DNA of 64,000 nt. It comes from Candidatus Latescibacterota bacterium (GTDB lineage: Bacteria > Latescibacterota > UBA2968 > UBA8231). A program made the translations under genes and the position numbers. Under the pieces are notes generated by a model. The model made no database searches. It was not told the DNA's origin and was given only the letters and a program-made list of their open reading frames with translations. This document shows positions 1 through 9,786 of this stretch, one piece after another. The DNA lies in assembly GCA_965223905.1 (NCBI GenBank), contig CBDCXV010000010.1, forward strand, positions 1-64,000. Reading direction: 5' to 3'. Positions within the stretch are counted from its first letter, which is position 1; each line of letters begins with the position of its first letter.

Positions 1-2492
1 CCGGATTTCTCGACCAATGAAGGGGGCGGTCCGGAGATGCCCAAAGGGCCGTCGATCTCTATGCCCTGGGGATAGCAGAACACGTAGGCATCTCCTGCCT
101 CGATGCTCGACTCGCGATAAGTGAACCGCCACAGGACATAGAAGCGCGTTATGGAATCCACCGCCCCGACGGCGGCGCCGCTCAGGCCGAAAATCTCCTC
201 GAGCATCACGTCGAGCACCACGCCCTCGACTTCACGGAGGGTACCGCTCCGCCGGCATCGGTTCGCCATTGGCATACTCGACCTTGGCAAACCTCGTGTA
301 GGCGCGCAGACCGGCTCCAACCGCCGCCATCAGCAGATCCGCGCCGCCGATGCCCTTGCCCCCGTCCCACAGCGTCACCACGCGCTCGCGCTCGATGCGG
401 TGGAGATCGGGTTCCACATCGGTCTCGTATTCTCCCGTAGCTGCCTCTTCCCGGCGCCGTGCCACGAAAAAGATGCTGTCGGAGAGGGCGGCAGCGTCGA
501 GAGTATTCATTCGGCCGCTGGACTCCGTTTGCACGGGCCAAGCTTCGGTGACCGTGAGCCCGGCATCGACAAGGGCTCGGATCAAGGTCGCCCAGCCCTC
601 CGTCGTTTTGTGAGCGTATACGCAGACGAGCGGAGCCCCCGGCTTTAGAACGCGCCGAGCTTCAACGAAGGAACGGCGCATGAGATTCTGGTAGTGCTCG
701 TTTGCCTCCTGGACATTGCCTTCGTGCTCGCTCGGCTGCGCGACGGCTTCGCGGCGCTTTGGTGGTGCCGGCAGGGTGAAATGCTCGGGATAGAGGTCGC
801 CCACGATGCGCTTCAACCAAACGTAGAAGAACGCCGAGAGGTCCGCGTAGTAGATGCTGCTGTAGTAAGGCGGGTCCGTGACAACAGCGTCGAAGGTTTC
901 ATCGTCGTAGAATAGTTTCTCGGCGTTGCCTCGCGTTACGACTGCTGCGTTTGTGATCTTGGCGAGTTCACGAATGCAGTACGCTTCTCGATCCAGTGCG
1001 AAAGGAAAACTTCCTGTGGTCGTTGCGAATGGGTTGATGTCTGAGAAGTCGTAGATCATCTTGAGAGCCTGCCGATCACCTATAGCCCCCCTTGTGATCT
1101 GGTCTTTTGGTTCCCAGCGTGAAAACTTGTTGAACGTGATGACTAAGCGTCCAAACGCCATTGCGAAATACGTTGCCAAGGCGCGAGCGCGGTCCTCGCT
1201 CATACCCTCGGCAAGCATCTCGACATGGGCGGTCCGAATCTGCTTGACCAAGGTGAAGAGCGCGAGAAGTTGCCGGGGAGTGAATAGTTCACACCATCTT
1301 GAGATGCCGTATCCACGACCCGCTACTGTCGTGGAATCGGCGGTGTTCATCTGTTCGTCAAGCTGTGCGAGGGATGTTTCGGCGAGAAGCTGGTCTAGCC
1401 GATCAAGGAGGTCGCCGTCGTGCGGAAGTATGGTCGTACTAGGTGGCAAATAGAGCTTGGAGCGTTTGCCATCAACGACTACGGCAGCAAGCGATTCGGC
1501 GAGGTGCCCGGCCTTGGACATTTCCTTCACATGGTCGGACGGCACCGGCGTATTGCATGCGACGCAGACCGCTTGGCCGGCACCGGTCTGGCTTTCCTGT
1601 GCACTGACTTCTTTTGCAGAGCTACCGGACACGATCTCCCACCGCAGACTGTTATCACGGGGAGCACCCTAAAGTTGACATCACACCCCTCTGTATCAGG
1701 CGGAAAATTGTCAACTATTGACCGCTCCTGGTAATACCATTCTCGACTCTTGGCACGGCGGGCGACCGCTCCGCCGGATTTTCGCAGCCACGCCTGGCGG
1801 ACGAGGGGCACCGGCGCATCGCAGCCGGGACGGCGGCACGGTACCGTACGAGCCCAGATATAGGCCACAGGTTCAGCGCCACAGGCGACCTGCGGTTTGC
1901 TGCCTCCGAACAGATTCGTCTGGGTAAGAACCTCTTTAGTCTCAGGTATATAGACCGGTGGGTAGAGATCCTGAAGTTCCTGTCGCACCCGATCAAGGAC
2001 AACCGCGCTCCAACTTTGGAAATCATCAGCAAGGCTTGGCCCGAATGTCTGCGGATAGACAAGCGTGCAAAGCTCGATCAGGTGCGCCACCGGGTTGTAG
2101 TCGAGGGCATGACTCTCGCAACCCAGCCGCGCAGCTTCGAGCGGAATTGCACCCCCACCGGCGAACATATCGAGGATCTTCGGGGCCTCGCCCCCGTGCA
2201 ACTTTCTGATTCGTGCGCTCGCCTCGGTGACGATCTTCTCATCAGGTTTATACGCGGCAAGGTCGGCAACGAATGAAGCCGCGTCCTCGCGTTCAGCATC
2301 AGTACGCGGTGCGGGAACGAGCGCGGCGTAGACCGCAGCACGGCATGCGGTCGTCGGCCGGCGCGCCGGCCAGTAGTGGATCAATGAGACATAATGGCGT
2401 GGGTGCAGCTTTTCCTTTGACGCAACGGCATTGAGCACGTCCAGAGGAAGGTAGTCCTCGATCAGCCGGCGCTCGTTCGCGGTTGTAGTCAT
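1..2492 (-). pseudogene. DUF1156-family adenine-specific DNA methyltransferase, disrupted; runs off the left edge
   Basis: ORF 1527..2492 has the N-terminal 'LIEDYLP...HYWPARRP' and motif I 'DMFAGGGAIPLEA'. ORF 232..1632 has catalytic 'TDPPY'. Reading is broken by an extra C near 1760, an 80-bp insert at 1655-1734 and an extra C near 238, after which 'LREVEGVVLDVMLEEIF' continues. Confidence 0.85.
1655..1734. mobile_element. 80-bp MITE-like insertion with imperfect terminal inverted repeats and a TA target duplication (IS630-like)
   Basis: TA at 1653-1654 and 1735-1736. 1653-1680 matches the reverse complement of 1709-1736 at 20/28 nt, including AGTTGACA. Removing the element and one TA restores 'VENGNSLRWEIVSG' in the methylase. 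Confidence 0.75.
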
Positions 2493-4435
2493 CCGGTGTC
2501 ACCCCCGGCTTGCCCAGGAATAAACTCATCTAGGCCTCCCATCTCCTCGAGAAACCGCGATGGGTCCTTCGGCCAACCTCGGTACTCCCGCGCCCGGGAC
2601 AGGATGAGGCGGTTCCTGGTACGGGTGATGGCTACGAAACAACCGCGCCGCTCTTCTTCGAGTGCAGCGCTGCCGTCGCCCTTCTTCACGCTGTGCCAAG
2701 AGGGCAGGACCTCTTCCGCCATCCCGATCAGGTACACCGTATCGAATTCCAGACCCTTGGCCCCGTGAATGGTCATCAACAACACCGTTCCCGGTACTGG
2801 AACCGGCTCCTTGGAGCGCAGTTCAATTTCCTGCAGAAACTGGCCAAGCGGCAAGGCTCCCCTCGCTGACCGGATTTCACGCCGAATCCTCTGCCATGTG
2901 CTCAAGTCGTCCTTGAGGTCCTCATCAGGGTTGTCGTCCTCGAAATGGCTGAGAACTTGGTCAATCGCGTCAGGTAGTTCGATGTGGCCGGCGGAAAGGT
3001 TGGCGATTATGTCAACCATTTGTCCGGTGGAACGCGGCACTTCGGCCCGGCGTACGGCGTTTGTCCAGACCTCCAGGTAGTTGATGCCTTCGGCCTCGGA
3101 CCGGGGCACGAGCACATCAGAGTCCAAGGCCGGGGAAGCGAAGCCGTTGAACGCCTCCGCGAGCCTCGTCATGTTGCGCCGGTCCAGAGGCCGGTTGATC
3201 TGTTTGAGGCAGGCGACGAGCCAGCGCATCTGTGGCGACAGGAAGTCGTCGCGGCGCGTGGTAATGACCGATGGAACGGCCCTGGCCGTCAGGGCGCGGT
3301 GCATCGCTTCAATGAGTGCCCGTGTTCTGGCGAGAACGGCGGTCCCGCTGCGAGCCTCGACGTCCAAGCGCTCGATTTCGCCGGCGACGCCCGCAACCTC
3401 GTCCTCATCCGTGGTGAATTCCCGGTACTGGATCTGTCCTTCGTCCGAATATGCCGAATGCGCCGCGGCGACCGTCGCTGGCTGCTTCGGCCATGCGCGC
3501 AAGGCGTTGTAAACCACGAGACGGTTTCCCGCTTCGACCACGCCGGGCGGACAGCGGAAATTCGTCGGCAATTGCACCACGTCGCAGGAGAAGTCCTTTA
3601 CCAAGTCACCGATGCGGCGAACGTTGGCGCCGTTCCACTCGTAGATGGTCTGATCGTCGTCGGCAACGGTAAAGACCTTGCGAAAGCTCTCGCCGGCCAT
3701 GCGCCGAAGCAGCGCATACTGTGCGCCGTTGGTGTCCTGGAACTCGTCGATCAGCCAGTAGCGATAAGCCGTCTGGTAGAGGCGGGTCATGGCCCGATAG
3801 GCGAACAGCCTGTGGGCTTCGAAGATGAGCGAGTTGAAATCGAGCGCATTGGCACGACGAAGCTCATCCTCGTACAAGCTGTAAGCATGGGCAACGCGAG
3901 AGGCGACCTGCGGGCCGGAGCCCGCCATGCTTTCGACGTACGCCTCTGCCTGTTCAGGTCCGACGAGCCGCGACTTCAAGTGGTCGATCAACGGCAGGAA
4001 CCGAAGGTCGTCGTGGCCTTCATCCAGCGAACCTTCGCGTCGCAAGGCATCTTCCAGCACGGCTCGTCGATCTGCTGCCTGGGAATAGATGGCGAAATCC
4101 GGCTTTATGCCCAAGTGAGAGCCATGTTGCCGCAGTACCTGTGCGCAGAAGCCGTGGAACGTGTTGATGTTCGCGCGGGCTTCCAGTCCCGGGGCGAGGG
4201 CTGCGACGCGCTCTACCATCTCGTTCGCCGCCTTGTTGGTGAACGTCAGGGCAAGGATGCGGAAACGCTGATCCCGCGACTCATCGAGCAGGCGGGCGAT
4301 TCGACAGGTGAGCACCCGGGTCTTGCCGGAGCCGGGTCCGGCAAGCACGAGCAGAGCGCCATCGTCCCAATAGACGGCGCGGCGCTGAATGTCCGTCAGC
4401 GCGGCGAGGTTCGATTTCAGCGTGTCGTCCATCAT
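2489..4435 (-). CDS. UvrD/REP-family SF1 helicase (GajB-like context)
   Basis: Motifs 'AGPGSGKT', 'IDEFQD', 'TNFRC', 'TIHGAKGLEF', 'EERRGCFVAITR'. Confidence 0.92.
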   Translation of the reverse strand: MMDDTLKSNLAALTDIQRRAVYWDDGALLVLAGPGSGKTRVLTCRIARLLDESRDQRFRILALTFTNKAANEMVERVAALAPGLEARANINTFHGFCAQVLRQHGSHLGIKPDFAIYSQAADRRAVLEDALRREGSLDEGHDDLRFLPLIDHLKSRLVGPEQAEAYVESMAGSGPQVASRVAHAYSLYEDELRRANALDFNSLIFEAHRLFAYRAMTRLYQTAYRYWLIDEFQDTNGAQYALLRRMAGESFRKVFTVADDDQTIYEWNGANVRRIGDLVKDFSCDVVQLPTNFRCPPGVVEAGNRLVVYNALRAWPKQPATVAAAHSAYSDEGQIQYREFTTDEDEVAGVAGEIERLDVEARSGTAVLARTRALIEAMHRALTARAVPSVITTRRDDFLSPQMRWLVACLKQINRPLDRRNMTRLAEAFNGFASPALDSDVLVPRSEAEGINYLEVWTNAVRRAEVPRSTGQMVDIIANLSAGHIELPDAIDQVLSHFEDDNPDEDLKDDLSTWQRIRREIRSARGALPLGQFLQEIELRSKEPVPVPGTVLLMTIHGAKGLEFDTVYLIGMAEEVLPSWHSVKKGDGSAALEEERRGCFVAITRTRNRLILSRAREYRGWPKDPSRFLEEMGGLDEFIPGQAGGDTG

Positions 4436-4845
4436 GTCAATCCTGGCAACTGTCGAATCGCTGCCCGGAACGCCTCCGGCGCGCGTTGCGCCAGGTTCGA
4501 GTCGGCGTACAAACGAGCAGCCAATTTAGCTGCGTAGGCCGTCTTGTTGGCTCTCAGCCGGCTGACAAGCGCTTCGTCATTTAGGCCAAACGCATCATCA
4601 AATCCCAGCTCTTTCAGAATCTCGCGCAGTTCCGTTCCCAATCCATCGGCCACGAGCTCTGCTTCCAGGTCCCCGGCCTGATGCGTGAAGCATCGGTTCG
4701 TCATCTCGGCTCGACTGAATCCGCGCACGCTTATGGCCTGCACGTAGTTCCTTCCCGCGTCATCGCCGTCGAACACCGCAAGCCAGGGAATGCCCAGCGC
4801 CCGTGCAAGTACTGCGAACGTGTCCGGGTTGCCGTTGTTCTGAGT
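4432..4845 (-). pseudogene. C-terminal TOPRIM fragment of an OLD-family ATP-dependent nuclease
   Basis: 'QNNGNPDTFAVLARALGIPWLAVFDGD' carries the TOPRIM DxD motif. It overlaps the UvrD start and lacks the ATPase half. Confidence 0.65.
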
Positions 4846-5473
4846 CGATGGACGAGATGACCTGGGACTCGCGCTCCCAAAGATTCAGAAGCTGCTGCTG
4901 GTCGTTCGCGGAGTGGATTATCTGGAACGACTCGTTGAAAAAGCGGAGCAACTCGTCCTGCCACTGAATGGTCAACGGGGCAGGCACGAGGATGAGGCAC
5001 CGGTCGATGGCCTCTCTCAGCTTGAGTTCCTTGATGAGGAGGCCGGCCATGATCGTCTTGCCCGCACCCGGGTCGTCGGCGAGCAGGAAGCGCAACCGGG
5101 GCTGTGGCAGCATGCGCAGATAGACCGCTTCGATCTGATGGGGCAGAGTGCGGATGCCGGACAGGCTGACCGCGAACTGGCGGTCATAGGCATAGGCGAG
5201 GCGGATGCGAGCAGACTCGATCAGGAGTCTCAGCCTTTCCGCATCCGCGGGCTGGGCCGCTGGTTTCTCCTCCACGCCGGAAATGGTGGCGGCCTCTTCG
5301 GAGGAGATGACGGTCTCCTCGAGTGCACCATCGGGCAGTCGGACGCGGCACTCGTACCCGGCAGATCCGTCCATGCCGAGGGACCTGACATCCTCCAGGA
5401 TGACTGGTGTATCGAAGTGGCCTTGGAGGAATACCCTCTGGCCGACCCGCGCTGATAGGGAATTTTCAGCCAT
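4846..5473 (-). pseudogene. N-terminal fragment of an SNF2/RapA-like helicase
   Basis: 'LPHQIEAVY...LRFLLADDPGAGKTIMAGL...QWQDEL', truncated at 'VISSID' before the DEAH motif. Confidence 0.85.
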
Positions 5474-5487
5474 TCTTGCCGATCCTC

Positions 5488-5883
5488 TTACCAGATGCGG
5501 TTGACGCCATACCGGTCAAAGAGCGTCTCGACCGACACGAGGGGGAGGTCGAAAGCCAAGGCTTGCGCGATCAACATGCGGTCGAAGAGGTCGCGATGCG
5601 GTCCCGGCAACCGGCCGGCACGTTCGCCGTTGTGGACGGTAATCGGCAACTCCTGGAACCCCTGGCTCGCGATGCAGCCGGCAACGTCGTGCGCCACCGC
5701 CTCGGCGCCCGCGAGCTTTCCAAGTCGATGCTTGGTAGCGATCTCCCAGGCGGAAGCGGCGCTGATGAGGATATCGTTCTCCGGGCGGGCGATTGCGGCG
5801 TGGGCGGCCTGGGACAAACGCTTGCTCCCGGTCAGCCACCACAAAAAGGCATGCGTGTCGAGCAGGATGCGCACGGGACTCAC
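5488..5883 (-). CDS. vapC: VapC/PIN-domain toxin
   Basis: 'ILLDTHAFLWW...SAASAWEIATK...HRDLFDRMLIAQA'. Confidence 0.92.
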   Translation of the reverse strand: MSPVRILLDTHAFLWWLTGSKRLSQAAHAAIARPENDILISAASAWEIATKHRLGKLAGAEAVAHDVAGCIASQGFQELPITVHNGERAGRLPGPHRDLFDRMLIAQALAFDLPLVSVETLFDRYGVNRIW

Positions 5884-6116
5884 GACTCCCAGGCGGCCAG
5901 CTCGGCCTCCGGGAGCGGGTCGAAGAAACTGTCGTCGACCTCAAACTGTCCCTTCATGGCGCCGAACCGCCGGATGCCCGGACGATCTTCGTAGCGGACG
6001 AGCCGCGCAACCGGAATGCCGTTGCGGGCAATCACGACCTCTTCACCGGCCTCTGCCCGCGCCAGGAGGCGGGAGAGCTGGGTCTTGGCTTCATGGACAT
6101 TGACAACCGACATCAT
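5880..6116 (-). CDS. Phd/YefM-family antitoxin
   Basis: 'VNVHEAKTQLSRLLARAEAGEEVVIARNG'; 4-nt overlap with the PIN gene. Confidence 0.92.
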   Translation of the reverse strand: MMSVVNVHEAKTQLSRLLARAEAGEEVVIARNGIPVARLVRYEDRPGIRRFGAMKGQFEVDDSFFDPLPEAELAAWES

Positions 6117-6144
6117 GGACTCCTTTCACAACAGCCTCAATCTC

Positions 6145-6170
6145 GACTTAGCTAAGTCTATAGCTAAGTC
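6145..6170. promoter_or_regulatory. Palindromic operator of the first TA pair
   Basis: GACTTAGCTA-agtcta-TAGCTAAGTC inverted repeat about 30 bp upstream of the antitoxin start. Confidence 0.6.
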
Positions 6171-6178
6171 GGCTCAGG

Positions 6179-6607
6179 TCAAATCCCGGGAGATAATCCC
6201 CCACTCAGGAAATCTGCCGGACTCAAAATCGGGATGTTGTGAAATGGCGACATTACCTGCAGGTCCTGATCGCCGGTGACAACACATTCAGCCTCTCCCA
6301 TGAGCGCCGTTTCGAGAAACTTGTCGTCTTCCAGATCGCGGCATCCCAGTCTTGCTCCCACGATCGACACCCATTCCGAAACGGGCTCGAGCAGGGCCAG
6401 AAATACCGACCGGTCTTCACGGCTTACATAGCTGGCGAACTTGGAATGACCGAGCCGGGTCTCCAGCTCGTTGAAGGTCTCGTCGGAGAATAGAAGAACC
6501 CCGTTCGGCGCTCGTATTGCATCCACGACCGCCCGCGGCGACCCATTCGGTTTCAGTGCAGCGCTGATCAGAACGTTCGTATCCAGAACGACCCGATCAG
6601 CTTTCAT
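6179..6607 (-). CDS. PIN-family putative TA toxin
   Basis: 'VVLDTNVLISA...CRDLEDDKFLETA...VTGDQDL'. Confidence 0.9.
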   Translation of the reverse strand: MKADRVVLDTNVLISAALKPNGSPRAVVDAIRAPNGVLLFSDETFNELETRLGHSKFASYVSREDRSVFLALLEPVSEWVSIVGARLGCRDLEDDKFLETALMGEAECVVTGDQDLQVMSPFHNIPILSPADFLSGGLSPGI

Positions 6608-6848
6608 CGGCCAGGAGTTCTTCCAAGCGGTCGGGCGTCAAACCGCTGGCCGCGGCCTCGGCTCCCAGACGGTCCATGGTCTCGGTCAGGCGAGCCCATG
6701 CCGCGCCCCGCAGCCGTTCGTACTGTTCCATAGACATCACGACGCCGACGGGCCTGCCTTTCTTGGTAACGCAGACAGGGGCGCTTTGGGCGGCATCCAG
6801 CAAGCGGCCGAACTGGTTTTTTGCCTCTCTGGCAGCGATCTCTTTCAT
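6597..6848 (-). CDS. Phd/YefM-family antitoxin
   Basis: 'MKEIAAREAKNQFGRLLDAAQSAPVCVTKKGRP'. The ATG at 6848 lies next to the palindrome ATAATAGCTATTAT (6855-6868). Confidence 0.88.
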   Translation of the reverse strand: MKEIAAREAKNQFGRLLDAAQSAPVCVTKKGRPVGVVMSMEQYERLRGAAWARLTETMDRLGAEAAASGLTPDRLEELLADES

Positions 6849-7052
6849 AGAGCTATAATAGCTATTATGGCCTTCTGCGGCAAACTCCACCTAAGTCCAG
6901 TTGTAGCTTCTTCCAGCCATTAACTCAGGGACATTAACCAGTATATTCCCTTTCCGCCGAAAAGATTCCAGGCCATGGACCTGTAAACCGATGCGCCCGC
7001 CATGGCCGGCGGATTTTCTCATTTATCGCCCCGTACCTGACGCCTGGCGAAA

Positions 7053-7961
<909 letters not shown>

Positions 7962-8095
7962 AGCCGCGCTTCTGCGGACCGAAGGGCTCCGGGAACCGGG
8001 ATCCGGGCCGGATGGTTTTTCAACCGAGGCCCGAAACAGGGCGGCCGGCACGGCGCGGCTTATATTTCCTTGCGCGCAAACCGGACAACTGCTGA

Positions 8096-9772
8096 ATGAC
8101 TTCATCCCACAACGGCCACCTCATCGACGCCTGGCGCGGGCAGCCGGCCCCCTTGCTGCCGGTGCTGCACGCCTTCCACGACCGCGATCAGTTCCTCAGC
8201 GACGCCGCCATCGAGGAAGTGGCCGAGGGCCTGAACATCCCGCTCGCCGAGCTCTTCGGCACGGTGACCTTCTACCATCACTTCGCCCGCAATCGCCCCG
8301 GGCAGGCCGCCCCGCGGGTCTGCACCGGCCCGGTCTGCTGTCTGCGCGGCGCCGGCGACCTGGTCGAATCCCTCGACGGCGCCACCCCCATGCCGTGCTC
8401 CGGGCGCTGCGACGAGTCGGTTCCCGTGCTCGTCGGGCACCGCACCCTGGTGGGGGCCCCGGACGGAACCCTGAGGGAGCTTCCCTCCCCGGTGCCGGCC
8501 CCCAATCCGGGCGGATTCGAGGAGTGCGTCTTCGCCGGCATCCGCCTTCCGGGCCGCGCCGGCATCGAGGGGTACCGCGGCAGCGGCGGCTACGAAGCCC
8601 TCGAGCGCGCCCTCGCCGGCATGTCTCCGGATGAGCTTCTCGACCTCGTCGCCGACAGCGGCCTGGCGGGACGGGGCGGGGCCGGATTCCCGACCGGACA
8701 GAAGTGGCGGGCGGTCGCCGAGGCCCCGGGAAATCCGAAAACGGTGGTCTGCAACGCCGACGAGGGAGAGCCCGGCTGCTTCAAGGACCGCGCCCTGCTC
8801 GACTACGACCCCCATGCCGTGATCGAGGGGATGCTGCTGGCGGCCTACGCCTCCGGGGCGGAGCGGGGGTTCATCTACCTGCGCTACGAGTACCCGGAGA
8901 CCCAGGAGATTCTCGAGCGCGCCATCGCCGAGGCCGAGGCGGCCAACCTGCTCGGCGCCGGCATCCTCGGCAGCGGCTTCGAGTTCCACCTCTACCTGAG
9001 GCGCGGGGCCGGGGCCTACATCTGCGGCGAGGAGGGTTCCCTGCTCAACAGCCTCGAGGGGCGCCACCCGTTCCCGCGCAACCGCCCCCCCTTTCCGGTC
9101 ACGCACGGGTACGAGGACCTGCCGACCGTGGTCAACAACGTCGAGACCCTGGTTTCGGCTCCCCCGATCGTGCGCCACGGGGCCGCCTGGTACCGGGGGC
9201 TCGGACTCGGGGAGCACGCCGGCACCAAGCTGATCAGTCTCAGCGGGGACATCGAGCGCCCCGGCAACTACGAGGTGCCGCTCGGCCTGCCCCTGCAGAC
9301 GCTGCTGAACGACTGGGCCGGCGGCGCTCCCGGCGGCAGGTCGATCCAGGCGGTGACCATGGCCGGCCTCTCCGGCGGCTTCCTCGCCGGCGACGACCTC
9401 GACGTCACCCTCGACGAACCGGACATTCGTTCCCGCGGCTCCTTCCTCGGCGCCGGCGGCATCATGGTCTTCGACGACAGCCGCGACATGGTCGAGGCCG
9501 CGCACGGCGCCATGGAGTTCTTCGCCGAGGAATCGTGCGGCAAGTGCTTCCCCTGCCGCATCGGCACGCAGCGGCTGACCGAGCGCCTTTCCGGAGCCCC
9601 GGGGTCGCCGCGAAAGCCGGCTGCCTGGCGCCGCGAGGTCGAGGACATGGGGGCGGCGATGGCGGCGACCAGCGCCTGCGGTCTCGGCACCGCGGCCCCC
9701 AACATCACGCAAAGTCTGATGAAGTACTTTCCCGGAGAAGTGGAAAGACACGTGCGCGCCTCCGGCGCGTGA
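8096..9772 (+). CDS. NAD-dependent formate dehydrogenase flavoprotein subunit (NuoE-NuoF fusion)
   Basis: NuoE-like N-terminus with 'CTGPVC..CSGRC'; NuoF motifs 'GRGGAGFP', 'NADEGEPG', 'YICGEE', 'ESCGKCFPCRIG'. Confidence 0.9.
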   Translation: MTSSHNGHLIDAWRGQPAPLLPVLHAFHDRDQFLSDAAIEEVAEGLNIPLAELFGTVTFYHHFARNRPGQAAPRVCTGPVCCLRGAGDLVESLDGATPMPCSGRCDESVPVLVGHRTLVGAPDGTLRELPSPVPAPNPGGFEECVFAGIRLPGRAGIEGYRGSGGYEALERALAGMSPDELLDLVADSGLAGRGGAGFPTGQKWRAVAEAPGNPKTVVCNADEGEPGCFKDRALLDYDPHAVIEGMLLAAYASGAERGFIYLRYEYPETQEILERAIAEAEAANLLGAGILGSGFEFHLYLRRGAGAYICGEEGSLLNSLEGRHPFPRNRPPFPVTHGYEDLPTVVNNVETLVSAPPIVRHGAAWYRGLGLGEHAGTKLISLSGDIERPGNYEVPLGLPLQTLLNDWAGGAPGGRSIQAVTMAGLSGGFLAGDDLDVTLDEPDIRSRGSFLGAGGIMVFDDSRDMVEAAHGAMEFFAEESCGKCFPCRIGTQRLTERLSGAPGSPRKPAAWRREVEDMGAAMAATSACGLGTAAPNITQSLMKYFPGEVERHVRASGA

Positions 9773-9786
9773 CAGGAGCACCCGAC

